64,000 nt of DNA from Reclinomonas americana ATCC 50394 (GCA_048213135.1 PS015009.1:434001-498000); one strand, 5' to 3'; numbered from the stretch's first letter, positions 31,501 to 40,367 are shown. The notes: generated from the letters alone by a model not told the origin. Made by a program: numbers and translations.

Positions 31501-31672
31501 CTTCTACATCGTTTCCCAAAAACTTTTCAGCTAATTTTTTTGATAGTTCTTTTCCACTTGGCAAAGTTTCCTTGCCTCCATTTTTTGCTCCAAAGCTAGA
31601 GCCTGCTCCCAAAAATAAAACAACGTTTCCTGCTTTAATTTGTTCAATTAAATGATGTGGTATTGTAGTCAT
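28571..31672 (-). CDS. SIR2-like domain + P-loop NTPase (STAND-like) + helical repeats + C-terminal cold-shock/OB domain; putative antiphage protein
   Basis: FLGAGSS, TTNYD, KIHG and FVGFG (SIR2); GNAGSGKS Walker A and LFIDN Walker B; C-terminal YGFVKRDG...LFF...GQKVTF; visibly AT-rich. Confidence 0.75.
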   Translation of the reverse strand: MTTIPHHLIEQIKAGNVVLFLGAGSSFGAKNGGKETLPSGKELSKKLAEKFLGNDVEGDLSYISELCISESSLFEVQQFIASIFKEFLPNSYHLKIPQFVWKAIFTTNYDLIIEKAYHQNKNSFQELVTVSKNTPKTQIFYKENILPYYKIHGCLNDINDPDAPLILTPDQFANFSSKRDRLFTELQELIYDYTFLFVGFGMADPDIRTILNKLDKDNTNRVRSYMVGPNINEREERLWEGKKITPIKMSFENFINEIDKKVDLNSRKLSSLKIETTLPIYSWFQTSIDNLKPTENFLSFIANNIEYVHSNLSSPNTDPKEFYKGFFNNWDPIIKNLDVDRKIKDGIIFEVLMDDDLHNSTDQFFYLLKGNAGSGKSVLLKRLAYEGATTVERFCIVLKEGMKILPEQIIELSSYIKERIYLFIDNISILEDEIIYLLKKAKKDKIKLTIIGAERLNVWNIECQDLANYLSQSYHIKYLSDSEIKELLNLLERHNSLYTLKNKTIEERVKAFSEKAGRELLVALYEATNSKPFEEIIFNEYKSINDARAQSLYLTVSIFHRIGAEARAGFISRVHNISFHEFKEKLFKPLEYIVFDKKDNKINDYVYLTRNRMIAEIIFEKVLTTPQDCFDEYVRILNNLNIDYESDRLAFMSIVNAKKLIDVFPDPQMIRKIYLIASDVSKSDAKLYQQQAIFEMTANGGSVVTAEKHLKSAYELLPGDPFISHTFAEMILKKAEKARLDTEFFSHIDETIEICNSIIRKGISNPHPFHTSLKAYILKLKKVLQYEDAPAIERCLKDIEKVFATAKQYFLNDQFLLEIESSFNEIINDTQNARELLEKAFNANKSSPFIALRLANFYDREGELEKALKIIKEALVTNSGDKDLNFKYAMLLEKNETPIYEDIKYYLRRSFTKGDSRFQAQFWHARSQYLTNEITEAKQNFKLLSTVNLSPDIKNMPYGIIKKNKKPELFTGTILKVEVSYGFVKRDGISDDLFFYRFDNDNLDWDQLKRGQKVTFKIGFNYKGAIALNLTLI

Positions 31673-31949
31673 TAGATTTTTGATTAGTTAATAGGTTGTT
31701 TATTATTAAAAGATTTCTTTAGGTTTTTATTTCGCTATTTATATTGTTTATTTCGTAAATGCCAAAATTGATATTGTTGCATTAAACAATAGCTATTCAA
31801 AGGATTTTTTGGGTTCCTATTTACGAAAGTATCCAGGGTGTTTTTGGAGCAAATCTTGGGTACTGCTTTAGGATGCTGATAAAAGTAACAATTTTTATAA
31901 TATAAAAGGCCGCAAATATGCGGCCTTTGTTCAGTATTTCTAAAAAGGG

Positions 31950-32375
31950 TTATTTCCCCTTTTCTATAAGCTTTTTTATTTCCTGCATCATCTCATCCTT
32001 TTCCTTCAGCATCCTTTCATACAACACAATCTTCTCTTCGTGTAGCTTTTTAATTTCCTCAAGGGGATTAATATTAAACGTTGGATGTGAGTTACCAATG
32101 TAGGCATCTTTTTCAATATTGAATGTATTGGCAATAACATTCACCGCCTGCTCCTCATCAAAATTCTGAAAAGCTTCCACGGGTATTTTCAGTGCGGTAG
32201 ATATCTTAGCCAGCAGGGAAACATCGATGGTTTCCTTTTGCTCCAGCAGCGATATTCTTTGCTGGTTCCAGTCATCACCCAGGTCGGCGGCAAGGGCATC
32301 CTGTTTTATCCCCAGCATTTCACGAAAACGCTTTACGTTGCGGCCCTGGTGTATGGTGCGGTCATTGGCTGTCAT
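31950..32375 (-). CDS. XRE-family helix-turn-helix transcriptional regulator
   Basis: HQGRNVKRFREMLGIKQDALA...QQRISLLEQKE; ATG at 32375 just downstream of TACATTTG (32380-32387). Confidence 0.88.
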   Translation of the reverse strand: MTANDRTIHQGRNVKRFREMLGIKQDALAADLGDDWNQQRISLLEQKETIDVSLLAKISTALKIPVEAFQNFDEEQAVNVIANTFNIEKDAYIGNSHPTFNINPLEEIKKLHEEKIVLYERMLKEKDEMMQEIKKLIEKGK

Positions 32376-32465
32376 GTGGCAAATGTAATTTTTTTGTTCC
32401 CGCACAAGGTAAATATTTCCATGTAAAATACAGGTGCGGGTTTGTGCAATACAATAAATATAAAT

Positions 32466-32524
32466 GAAGGACGGAAAGAAGGAAGGAAGGAAAGAATGAA
32501 GGAATGAAGGAATTAAAGAAGAAG
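32466..32524 (+). repeat. Degenerate (GAAG)n purine-rich microsatellite
   Basis: gaaggacggaaagaaggaaggaaggaaagaatgaaggaatgaagg. Confidence 0.7.
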
Positions 32525-32540
32525 CCATGAACCTATCCGG

Positions 32541-32914
32541 GTTAGGTAGGGAACGTATCCACGATAGGTTATGAACCTATCCTCATTAGGTGGGGTAACG
32601 TGTCTCGTTAGGTGGGGGAACGTATCTCATTAGGTGGGGGGACGTATCTCATTAGGTTAAGGGACGTATCCCGTTAGGTTGGGGGACGTATCCCGTTAGG
32701 TTGGGGGACGTGTCCCGTTAGGTTGATAGACGTATCTCGTTAGGTTGGGGGACGTATCCCGTTAGGTGGGGGAACGTATCCCGTTAGGTTGGGGAACGTA
32801 TCCCGTTAGGTTAGGGAACGTATCCCGTTAGGTTAGGGAACGTATCTCATTAGGTTATGGAACGTATCTCATTAGGTTGGGTAACGTAAACCGTTAGGTT
32901 AGGGAACGTAATCC
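32541..32914 (+). repeat. Tandem array of 17 x 22-bp units, consensus RTTAGGTnnnnnnACGTATCYC
   Basis: Units counted by hand, e.g. gttaggttgggggacgtatccc; exact 22-nt register, with a partial unit at each end. Confidence 0.92.
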
Positions 32915-33079
32915 GCTAGGTTACCAGGTGATGGTCTGGCAATTAAACTGCAAGGTCATTGTTCTCCCTGCGTTATTATTTTGTTTCCCGGAGGATATGC
33001 CAACCCGGACACTGTCCGGTAGAATGAAACAGTTACAAGAGAACCGCCAGGGCGGAACACTTACGCCAGTGAGGACACG

Positions 33080-33212
33080 CTTTACGTAACCTCTGCGTCC
33101 TCCTTTCTCTACGGTAAAACAAAATAGTAACAGATGTAACGACCCGGTTTACCGGCAATTATCACCAATTCACTTTGCGTAACCTCTGCGTCCTTCTTTC
33201 TTCGCGGTAAAA
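33080..33212 (+). repeat. Imperfect ~40-bp direct repeat pair (33080-33119 and 33173-33212)
   Basis: cttt(a/g)cgtaacctctgcgtcct(c/t)ctttct...cggtaaaa occurs twice. Confidence 0.7.
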
Positions 33213-33219
33213 AATAAAA

Positions 33220-33284
33220 TGCCCCGCAGGGGCAATTCCATCATTTCGGATGCTATTGAAATAAAAAATGCCCCTCACGGGGCA
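33220..33284 (-). terminator. Two duplicated terminator-like hairpins downstream of tRNA-Ser
   Basis: TGCCCC-loop-GGGGCA at 33220-33234 and 33269-33284, each followed by a T-run on the minus strand. Confidence 0.65.
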
Positions 33285-33294
33285 ATTCTGTTTG

Positions 33295-33381
33295 CGGAGA
33301 CGGCGAGATTCGAACTCGCGATAGAGTTTCCCCTATACACACTTTCCAGGCGTGCTCCTTCAACCACTCGGACACGTCTCC
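33295..33381 (-). tRNA. tRNA-Ser (GGA)
   Basis: Reverse complement GGAGACGTGTCCGAGTGGTTGAAGGAGCACGCCTGGAAAGTGTGT...GTTCGAATCTCGCCGTCTCCG; long variable arm; CCA not encoded. Confidence 0.95.
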
Positions 33382-33395
33382 AATTTTTAGGACGG

Positions 33396-33403
33396 CAAAA
33401 ATA
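33396..33403 (-). promoter_or_regulatory. -7 promoter element (TATTTTTG) of tRNA-Ser
   Basis: TAnnTTTG match 14 nt upstream of the tRNA 5' end. Confidence 0.55.
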
Positions 33404-33415
33404 CAGTAACCCGGC

Positions 33416-34198
33416 CTAGTTACCGAATATTTTTTCTGCATTGGCCGTAGTTACCGCCGCCACCTCTTCCGGCGATACCTGCTTTACTTCCGCAAGCCGG
33501 GCCAGTACATATTTCAGGTAGCTGCTTTCATTGCGTTTTCCCCTGAAAGGCACCGGGCTCAGGTAGGGTGCATCGGTTTCCAAAACCATATGTTCCAGGC
33601 CAATGTGTTCCAGCACTTCCGCCAGCCCCGATTTTTTATAGGTAAGCACACCTCCTATTCCCAGGTACATGCCCGTATCAATAATAGCCCTGGCCTGTTC
33701 CAGGCTGCCGCCAAAACAATGAAAGATGCCTTTCACTCCCCTGCCGGCATATTCCTTCACCACGGCAATCGACTCATCCGTGGCCTCCCGGCTGTGGATG
33801 ACGATGGGCAGGTTGTACTGCAGCGACCATTCAATCTGTGTGCGAAAGGCCTCATATTGCTGTTCGGTAAATTGTTTATCCCAGTAAAAATCAAGCCCTA
33901 TCTCTCCCACCGCCGCGAATTTTCTTTTGGCCAGCCAGTTTTCTACCAGTGCCAGTTCATCCCTGTAATTTTCTTTTACATAGCAGGGGTGCAATCCCAT
34001 CATGGCTATGCATTTGCCCGGGTAAAGCGCCTCCAGTGCCAGCATGTCATCAATATGCTCACTGTCGATACCCGGCAGGTAAAAACGCTGTACGCCCTCC
34101 GCTTCAGCACGTTGTATCACTTCATGGATGGTAGTTTTGAATTCATCGAGATAAAGATGGCAATGCGTATCGGTCAGTACCTTTTTCATAGGCCGCAA
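33416..34198 (-). CDS. tatD: TatD family hydrolase
   Basis: DTHCH, GLHP, VGEIGLD, IHSR, FHCF and LETDAPYL motifs. Confidence 0.92.
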   Translation of the reverse strand: MRPMKKVLTDTHCHLYLDEFKTTIHEVIQRAEAEGVQRFYLPGIDSEHIDDMLALEALYPGKCIAMMGLHPCYVKENYRDELALVENWLAKRKFAAVGEIGLDFYWDKQFTEQQYEAFRTQIEWSLQYNLPIVIHSREATDESIAVVKEYAGRGVKGIFHCFGGSLEQARAIIDTGMYLGIGGVLTYKKSGLAEVLEHIGLEHMVLETDAPYLSPVPFRGKRNESSYLKYVLARLAEVKQVSPEEVAAVTTANAEKIFGN

Positions 34199-34292
34199 AG
34201 TTCACGAAAAAAAATGTAACACTTTATTTAAACCCCTTTCCCCGGCCCGGGTCATAGAGGCGATCTATTTATTCACCTTTATTATTTTATTT

Positions 34293-35195
34293 ATGAAACC
34301 AACTCTTATCCTGTCAAGAGGGCTAACGGCGTTCGCCCTTTTGATAACGCTGGTGCTGCCCTCCTGTAAAAAAGAAAGCACCGGCAACGATCCCGCTTCC
34401 ACCGACCCCACCAGTGAATCTCTTGCCATCACCGAAAGCAGAGATGAAGCAGAGACCGATGCCCAGTATGACGATGTATTCAACATCACCGCCAGCATGA
34501 ACAGCAAACAAACCGGCGAAGACCTGGGTGTAGGTGTAAACGTATCAGGCCTGTTTGAACTGGGCGATGTTTCCGGCAACGTTACCGGCCGCTGTTTTAC
34601 CATTACGGTGGCACCCGCTATTCCGCACGTATTCCCTAAAACCGTCACTATCGATTTCGGTGATGGCTGTCTTTGTCGCGATGGTAAGTACCGCAAGGGA
34701 AAGATCGTATCCATTTACACCAACCCCATGCAGGTGCCCGGTGCCATTACTTCCACCACATTTGTGAATTACTATGTGGATAGTTTTAAAATAGAGGGCA
34801 CCCATATATCCGAGAACACCAGCACCTCCAACATGCAGGGCTGGAAATTAAGCGTGATCGATGGTAAGATCACCAACACCGCCAGTGGTCGCTGGAGGAA
34901 GTGGAACAGCACCAAATCGGTATTACAGGTAGAAGGAAACGGCACATCCCATTACCCGCTCGACGATGTGTACAAAATCACAGGAAGCGCACGGAGCCTC
35001 AATTCCGCGGGTCATACCTGGGCTTCGCTGGTAGTGGAACCGCTCATTAAAAAGTTTACCTGCCGCTGGATTGTGAAGGGAACCGTACGCTTATTCAAAG
35101 ACGGGCAGGAGGCTTTACTCGATTACGGCAATGGCGACTGCGACAACCAGGCCATAATTTATGTTAACGGAATACCTCACCCGGTGACCTTATAA
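34293..35195 (+). CDS. Hypothetical lipoprotein (paralog of 36036-36893)
   Basis: Lipobox LPSC; FPKTVTIDFGDGC...RKGKI and DYGNGDCDN. Confidence 0.75.
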   Translation: MKPTLILSRGLTAFALLITLVLPSCKKESTGNDPASTDPTSESLAITESRDEAETDAQYDDVFNITASMNSKQTGEDLGVGVNVSGLFELGDVSGNVTGRCFTITVAPAIPHVFPKTVTIDFGDGCLCRDGKYRKGKIVSIYTNPMQVPGAITSTTFVNYYVDSFKIEGTHISENTSTSNMQGWKLSVIDGKITNTASGRWRKWNSTKSVLQVEGNGTSHYPLDDVYKITGSARSLNSAGHTWASLVVEPLIKKFTCRWIVKGTVRLFKDGQEALLDYGNGDCDNQAIIYVNGIPHPVTL

Positions 35196-35328
35196 AGGGG
35201 TAGAAAAAAAAATTGTTATTTTAATTACAAATTGTAATTTTAGCCCAGTTTTCATAGGGTACGGATTAAAAACGGGCCAGGGTTTCTACCCCGGCCCAAT
35301 TTTTTTTCAGGCACAGATTACCATGCTG

Positions 35329-35961
35329 TTATGAAGTCTCCATCGGCCTGAAAGCGAAGCCAGCACTGCTGAAATGAGCCAAAACCTTTGGCAGTGCATA
35401 CCGTAGTTTTTCCTCCGCTTTTTCACTGTCATGAAACACGATTATGGACCCGTCGGTGGTATGCCGTAAAACGTTGTTGAGACATTGTTCAGGGGTGATG
35501 GACAAATCGAAGTCGCCGCTGAGGACCGTCCACATCACCGGAATGAGATGATAAGGAGCTGCCATGATCTTTTTTTCCTGCGACCGGGTAAGTCGTCCGT
35601 ACGGCGGTCGGAACAGCCGGGAACCGATCAGTTCCTGCGCCTGTGCCACATCGGCGAGGTAAGCCTCATCCGCATGTTTCCAGCCATTCAGGTGGTTTTG
35701 GGTATGATTGCCCACCGAGTGCCCTTCTTCCAGTATACGGCGGTAGGTTTCCGGCCAGGCCGCCACATTTTTGCCGATACAGAAAAAGCTGGCTTTGGCG
35801 CCATACTTCCTGAGTTCGTCCAGCACAAAGCCCGTAACCGAAGGATGCGGGCCGTCGTCAAAACTCAGGTAAATGGCCTTTTCCCGCAGCCGGGGCTGAT
35901 CCCAGGTACGTTTATTGTACAATTTTTTGAGCCACCACGGCGTTTTGACCAGGTAAAACAT
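35329..35961 (-). CDS. Polysaccharide deacetylase (CE4/NodB)
   Basis: SFDDGP, GNHTQNH, FRPPYG and VFHDS motifs. Confidence 0.9.
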   Translation of the reverse strand: MFYLVKTPWWLKKLYNKRTWDQPRLREKAIYLSFDDGPHPSVTGFVLDELRKYGAKASFFCIGKNVAAWPETYRRILEEGHSVGNHTQNHLNGWKHADEAYLADVAQAQELIGSRLFRPPYGRLTRSQEKKIMAAPYHLIPVMWTVLSGDFDLSITPEQCLNNVLRHTTDGSIIVFHDSEKAEEKLRYALPKVLAHFSSAGFAFRPMETS

Positions 35962-36035
35962 AAGGCAAATTAATTTTTTTATGCCGATTAAACCTTCTTC
36001 CGGGGCTTTGGTCTCAGGAGGACAAAAACTAATTT

Positions 36036-36893
36036 ATGAAAGCGAAACACCTTTTAATTGTTGCAGCAATTACCTCATTCACCTTTACACTGAACTCCTG
36101 CAAAAAGAACAATGCTGACTCCGAAGAATTTGAAACCACCTTTGAACTGAGTGGCGACCAGGCTATCGCTGACAACCTGAACGAAGACGCCAATGATGTT
36201 TTTATGGAAGCGGCGGCTGACAATGACCTGATGGGCACCAATATTGTTGCCGGCACGGTTGAGTCCACCAACATCCTCGGTTGCGCCACCGTAACCGTAA
36301 CACCTCCCCCTCCTGGCGGCGGTTTTCCTAAAACCATCCTCATCGACTTTGGTACAGCAGGTTGCACCTCTCCCAATGGCATTACCCGCAAAGGCAAGAT
36401 CACCGTTGTACTTTCCGATTCTGTAAGAAAGCCCGGCAGCACAGCCGTAATGACTTTCGACAACTACTATGTGAACGGTTACAAAAAAGAAGGTACCATT
36501 ACCTGGACCAACACCAGCCAGCCTGGCGGTAAAAGCTGGCAAAGGAAAGTAGAGAATGGCAAGATCACCGCTCCCGATGGCAGGTTCTGGTTCCATTCCG
36601 GTATCAAGAACGTAACACAAACTGCCGGTGTAGCCACCCCGCTCAACCTGCTGGATGATGTGTTCTCCATTACCGGTAACCACACCGTAACCAACGCTGC
36701 CGGCGCTACCCGTGAAGTAACCACGCCTGAAGCCCTGCAGAAAAAGACCATCTGTGAAAATATCGACAAGGGTAAACTGAAGATCCAGGGACCGAACCAC
36801 TACGCCATCATCGACTTTGGCGACGGTACCTGCGACCGCGTGGCTACCATCTCCATTGATGGACGCCCTGCCAGGACCATCCTGCTGCGCTGA
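36036..36893 (+). CDS. Hypothetical lipoprotein (paralog of 34293-35195)
   Basis: Lipobox LNSC; FPKTILIDFGTAGC...RKGKI and DFGDGTCD. Confidence 0.75.
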   Translation: MKAKHLLIVAAITSFTFTLNSCKKNNADSEEFETTFELSGDQAIADNLNEDANDVFMEAAADNDLMGTNIVAGTVESTNILGCATVTVTPPPPGGGFPKTILIDFGTAGCTSPNGITRKGKITVVLSDSVRKPGSTAVMTFDNYYVNGYKKEGTITWTNTSQPGGKSWQRKVENGKITAPDGRFWFHSGIKNVTQTAGVATPLNLLDDVFSITGNHTVTNAAGATREVTTPEALQKKTICENIDKGKLKIQGPNHYAIIDFGDGTCDRVATISIDGRPARTILLR

Positions 36894-36921
36894 TCATAAA
36901 AAATAGGTTCGCCTGTATATG

Positions 36922-36949
36922 GCCGCTTCCTTTGGGAGCGGCTTTTTTT
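36922..36949 (+). terminator. Intrinsic terminator
   Basis: GCCGCTTCC-tttg-GGAGCGGC followed by T7. Confidence 0.7.
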
Positions 36950-37029
36950 ATATCACGGTCCGCACCCGCACAGGAAAGACAGCCCTTTACAGGTGCATAT
37001 CCCCGCAAACGGCCTTATCTTTGCGCCCT

Positions 37030-38553
37030 ATGAGTAAAGTAAGGGTACGTTTCGCTCCCAGCCCCACGGGAGGGCTGCATTTAGGCGGTGTGCGCACTGT
37101 CCTGTTCAATTATCTTTTCGCCAAACAGCATGGCGGTGATTTTATCGTTCGTATAGAGGACACCGATCAAACCCGTTTTGTACCCGGTGCCGAAGAATAC
37201 ATTTTTGAATGCCTGCAGTGGTGCGGACTGGAACCCGATGAAAGTGTGCTCCACGGTGGCCCTTACGCCCCTTACCGCCAGAGCGAAAGAAAAGCGGGTT
37301 ACCGCCAGTATGCCGAACAACTGGTGAAAGATGGGCACGCCTATTACGCCTTCGATACCCCGGCCGAACTGGAAGCCATGAGGGAACAACTGAAAGCCGA
37401 AGGAAGCAGCAGCCTGCAATACGATCACCGCATACGCATGCGCATGAAAAATTCGCTGAACCTGCTGCCCCAAGAAACGCAGGCCCTGCTGGATGCCGGA
37501 ACACCTTACGTGATCCGCATTAAGGTAGAACCCAATGAACTGATCCCTTTTACCGATATGATCCGCGGCGAACTGGAATTTGATACCAATACGGTTGATG
37601 ATAAAGTACTGCTGAAAGCCGATGGTATGCCTACCTATCACCTGGCCGTGGTAGTGGATGATCACCTGATGAAGATCAGCCACGCTTTCCGCGGTGAAGA
37701 ATGGCTGCCCAGCGCACCGGTGCATGTACTGTTATGGAAATATCTTTTCGGGCTGGATGCCATGCCCCAATGGGCGCACCTGCCGCTTATCTTAAAACCC
37801 GACGGTAATGGCAAACTGAGCAAACGTGATGGCGACAGGCTGGGTTTCCCGGTATATGCCATGGACTGGACAGATCCGCAGAGCGGTGACCTGACAAAAG
37901 GTTTTAAAGAGATCGGTTTCCTGCCGGAAGCCTTCATTAACCTGCTGGCCGTACTCGGCTGGAACGATGGAACCGAACAGGAAATATTTACACTGGATGA
38001 ACTGGTTAACAAATTCTCCATCGAACGCGTACACAAAGGCGGCGCCAAATTCGATTTTGAAAAAGCGAAATGGTTCAACCACGAATGGATAAAAAAACTG
38101 CCTGCATCGCATTACCTGCCGCAGGTGAAAAATATTTTATTGGCAGATGGTATTGAAACAGGCGATGAGGAAAAACTGCTGAAAGTGCTGGAACTGGTAA
38201 AAGACCGTTGTACCCTGCTCACCGATTTTTCGCAGCAGGCCGGTTTCTTTTTCAAAGCTCCTGCAACGCTGGATGAAGCCGCGGTAAAACCGAAATGGGA
38301 TGATGGTAAAAAAGCGTTCTTTAACGAATTCATCAGCCGGTCGCAGGGCCTGCCGGTGTGGGATGCTCCTGCTATCGAAACTTTATTTAAAGAGCTGGCT
38401 GCTGAAAAAAACATCAAACCCGGCGAGCTGCAGCTGCCCATGCGCATTATGCTGGTAGGCGGTAAGTTTGGCCCCGCTGTTTTTGTCATTGCTGAGATCA
38501 TCGGTAAAGAAGAAACCATCAGCAGGATCAGCCATGCGCTTACTGTTTTTTAA
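37030..38553 (+). CDS. gltX: Glutamate--tRNA ligase
   Basis: RFAPSPTG.LHLGG (HIGH-like) and KLSKR motifs; TATCTTTG -7 element at 37016-37023. Confidence 0.95.
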   Translation: MSKVRVRFAPSPTGGLHLGGVRTVLFNYLFAKQHGGDFIVRIEDTDQTRFVPGAEEYIFECLQWCGLEPDESVLHGGPYAPYRQSERKAGYRQYAEQLVKDGHAYYAFDTPAELEAMREQLKAEGSSSLQYDHRIRMRMKNSLNLLPQETQALLDAGTPYVIRIKVEPNELIPFTDMIRGELEFDTNTVDDKVLLKADGMPTYHLAVVVDDHLMKISHAFRGEEWLPSAPVHVLLWKYLFGLDAMPQWAHLPLILKPDGNGKLSKRDGDRLGFPVYAMDWTDPQSGDLTKGFKEIGFLPEAFINLLAVLGWNDGTEQEIFTLDELVNKFSIERVHKGGAKFDFEKAKWFNHEWIKKLPASHYLPQVKNILLADGIETGDEEKLLKVLELVKDRCTLLTDFSQQAGFFFKAPATLDEAAVKPKWDDGKKAFFNEFISRSQGLPVWDAPAIETLFKELAAEKNIKPGELQLPMRIMLVGGKFGPAVFVIAEIIGKEETISRISHALTVF

Positions 38554-38612
38554 CGGCTTTTAAACTTTTGGTGAGGAGCAAGGTCTAACCGTTCACCTGC
38601 AAAACCATTTCA

Positions 38613-39863
38613 ATGAAATACCTCAGCCTGCTTATTATTGCCGCTGCCTGTTTTATCTCCTGCGGGAAAGGAACAGACGATACCCGTACACCCATTACCC
38701 CCACGCCTACACCCACACCCACTACCGACAGTTTTACAGTAACGGTAACCAATGGATATGGCACTGGAAAATACAAGACCGGCGATACCGTACACATCTT
38801 CAGCACGGCTTATACAGACAGCGAGATATTTGACAAATGGAACGGCTCCGATGCCACACTGCTCAACGCTTCAGGCGAGTGGCACTCCTGGTTCATTATG
38901 CCTGGCAGGAATGTGGCCTTCACCGGCAGTACCAGAACGATTACACCAGTTACACTCCAGTTTGAAATGATACGCGGCCGCGACCGTAATAAACCGGTTT
39001 ACTCTTATTTCCCGGCGGGGCACAAAGGTTTCGTATATATGCTCCATGGCTCAGGTGGCAACGCAGCCAATGTAGTCAACAATTTCGAGTTCAAACAACT
39101 GTGTAAAGAACTCGTTACCGATGGTTTTGGCGTGATCATAACCGAAGCGGAAGAGGCTACTACGGGTATTGACGCCGATGGTGATGGAAAATTAAGATGG
39201 TGGTATTCTCCCTATGATTCAGTGACCAATGCCGATTATGCCAATATCAAAATCATTACCGACACGTTCTATAACCGCGGCGTTACCAATCGCGGCAAAC
39301 TTCGTTATTCAGTAGGGATGAGCAACGGCGGCGCTTTTTCCGCGTCGCTTTCCTCGCTCTTTAAATACAAAGCCGGTGTTAGTTACTGCGCCCCGGCAGG
39401 CTCGGCCATTGCACTCATTTCCACTACCCCTTTCCAGTTCTGCATGGCCAGGTTCGATAACCACGAGAATGTAGGCCCGCAGGGCAATGCAGACGCCCTC
39501 AGCAATTCCAGTACCCTCACGGGAAGGGGCATCTGCAGTAAATATTTTATCAAAGAACACGCACCGCTGTACCCCGAACGTTTTGCCCGCAGGGGTGATA
39601 TTACCATTGCCAAATCCACGGCTCTTTTTAACGAATTAAAAAACAAGGGTTATCTCGACAACAGGAATTATTTCATCGGCTTTTCCGGTCCGCTCACCAC
39701 GGCCTACCAGGCCAACCCCACCTCCTTCCCGGAGCTGAACAGCCTGACCGCGTTGCAAAAGTTGTTCTACCTGGAGCAGATTGACCTGTCGGTATCCGAC
39801 CACCAGATGTACAGCGATTACAACAAAGCCACCCTGCGCTTCTTCAACCAGCAGTGCCTGTAA
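38613..39863 (+). CDS. Lipoprotein with TP-repeat linker and alpha/beta-hydrolase-like domain
   Basis: Lipobox FISC; PTPTPTPT; LHGSGG and GMSNGG nucleophile-elbow motif. Confidence 0.65.
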   Translation: MKYLSLLIIAAACFISCGKGTDDTRTPITPTPTPTPTTDSFTVTVTNGYGTGKYKTGDTVHIFSTAYTDSEIFDKWNGSDATLLNASGEWHSWFIMPGRNVAFTGSTRTITPVTLQFEMIRGRDRNKPVYSYFPAGHKGFVYMLHGSGGNAANVVNNFEFKQLCKELVTDGFGVIITEAEEATTGIDADGDGKLRWWYSPYDSVTNADYANIKIITDTFYNRGVTNRGKLRYSVGMSNGGAFSASLSSLFKYKAGVSYCAPAGSAIALISTTPFQFCMARFDNHENVGPQGNADALSNSSTLTGRGICSKYFIKEHAPLYPERFARRGDITIAKSTALFNELKNKGYLDNRNYFIGFSGPLTTAYQANPTSFPELNSLTALQKLFYLEQIDLSVSDHQMYSDYNKATLRFFNQQCL

Positions 39864-39934
39864 TAAAGCCCCGTTCCGCACTTACTATATCTGTGGAATA
39901 GTTTACTTTTACAGCCTTCTTACCGTTATTGCAT

Positions 39935-40348
39935 ATGAAGAATAAAAGACCTATACGGGTACTGGTGGCTAAAGTAGGGCTGGATGGCCACGACCGCGGT
40001 GCTAAAGTGATCGCCACGGCGCTGCGTGACGCAGGAATGGAAGTGATCTATACCGGCCTGCGGCAAACCCCCGAAATGGTGGTAAATGCTGCCCTCCAGG
40101 AAGACGTTGACGCTATTGGCATCAGCATCCTCAGCGGCGCACACAATACTGTTTTTCCAAAAGTCATCGCGCTGATGAAAGAAAAAGGGATGAACGACGT
40201 ACTGCTTACCGGCGGTGGCATCATTCCTGAAGACGATATGCAGTCGCTTAACGAAATGGGCGTGGGCAAATTATTTGCACCAGGCACCACCACCGAAGAG
40301 ATCGCTTCCTACATCCGTGAATGGGTGGAAGCCAACCGCAGTTTTTAA
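39935..40348 (+). CDS. Cobalamin-binding domain protein (methylmalonyl-CoA mutase C-terminal subunit)
   Basis: [19 protein letters not shown] and GGGIIP motifs. Confidence 0.9.
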   Translation: MKNKRPIRVLVAKVGLDGHDRGAKVIATALRDAGMEVIYTGLRQTPEMVVNAALQEDVDAIGISILSGAHNTVFPKVIALMKEKGMNDVLLTGGGIIPEDDMQSLNEMGVGKLFAPGTTTEEIASYIREWVEANRSF

Positions 40349-40367
40349 CCTCATCAAAACTATTGTC

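Noticed and set aside
32376-32528. N-terminal extension of the XRE ORF
   Set aside because: It translates the (GAAG)n microsatellite and runs through the -7 promoter element; the real start is probably 32375.
32541-32914. CRISPR array
   Set aside because: Units abut with only ~6 variable nt, there are no unique spacers, and no cas genes are in the window.
33219-33441. Short ORFs at 33219-33419 and 33253-33441
   Set aside because: They overlap tRNA-Ser and its terminators.
37030-38553. gltX as a dedicated Glu-tRNA supplier for LanB
   Set aside because: It is ~24 kb from lanB among housekeeping genes and looks like the ordinary copy; the proximity is probably coincidental.
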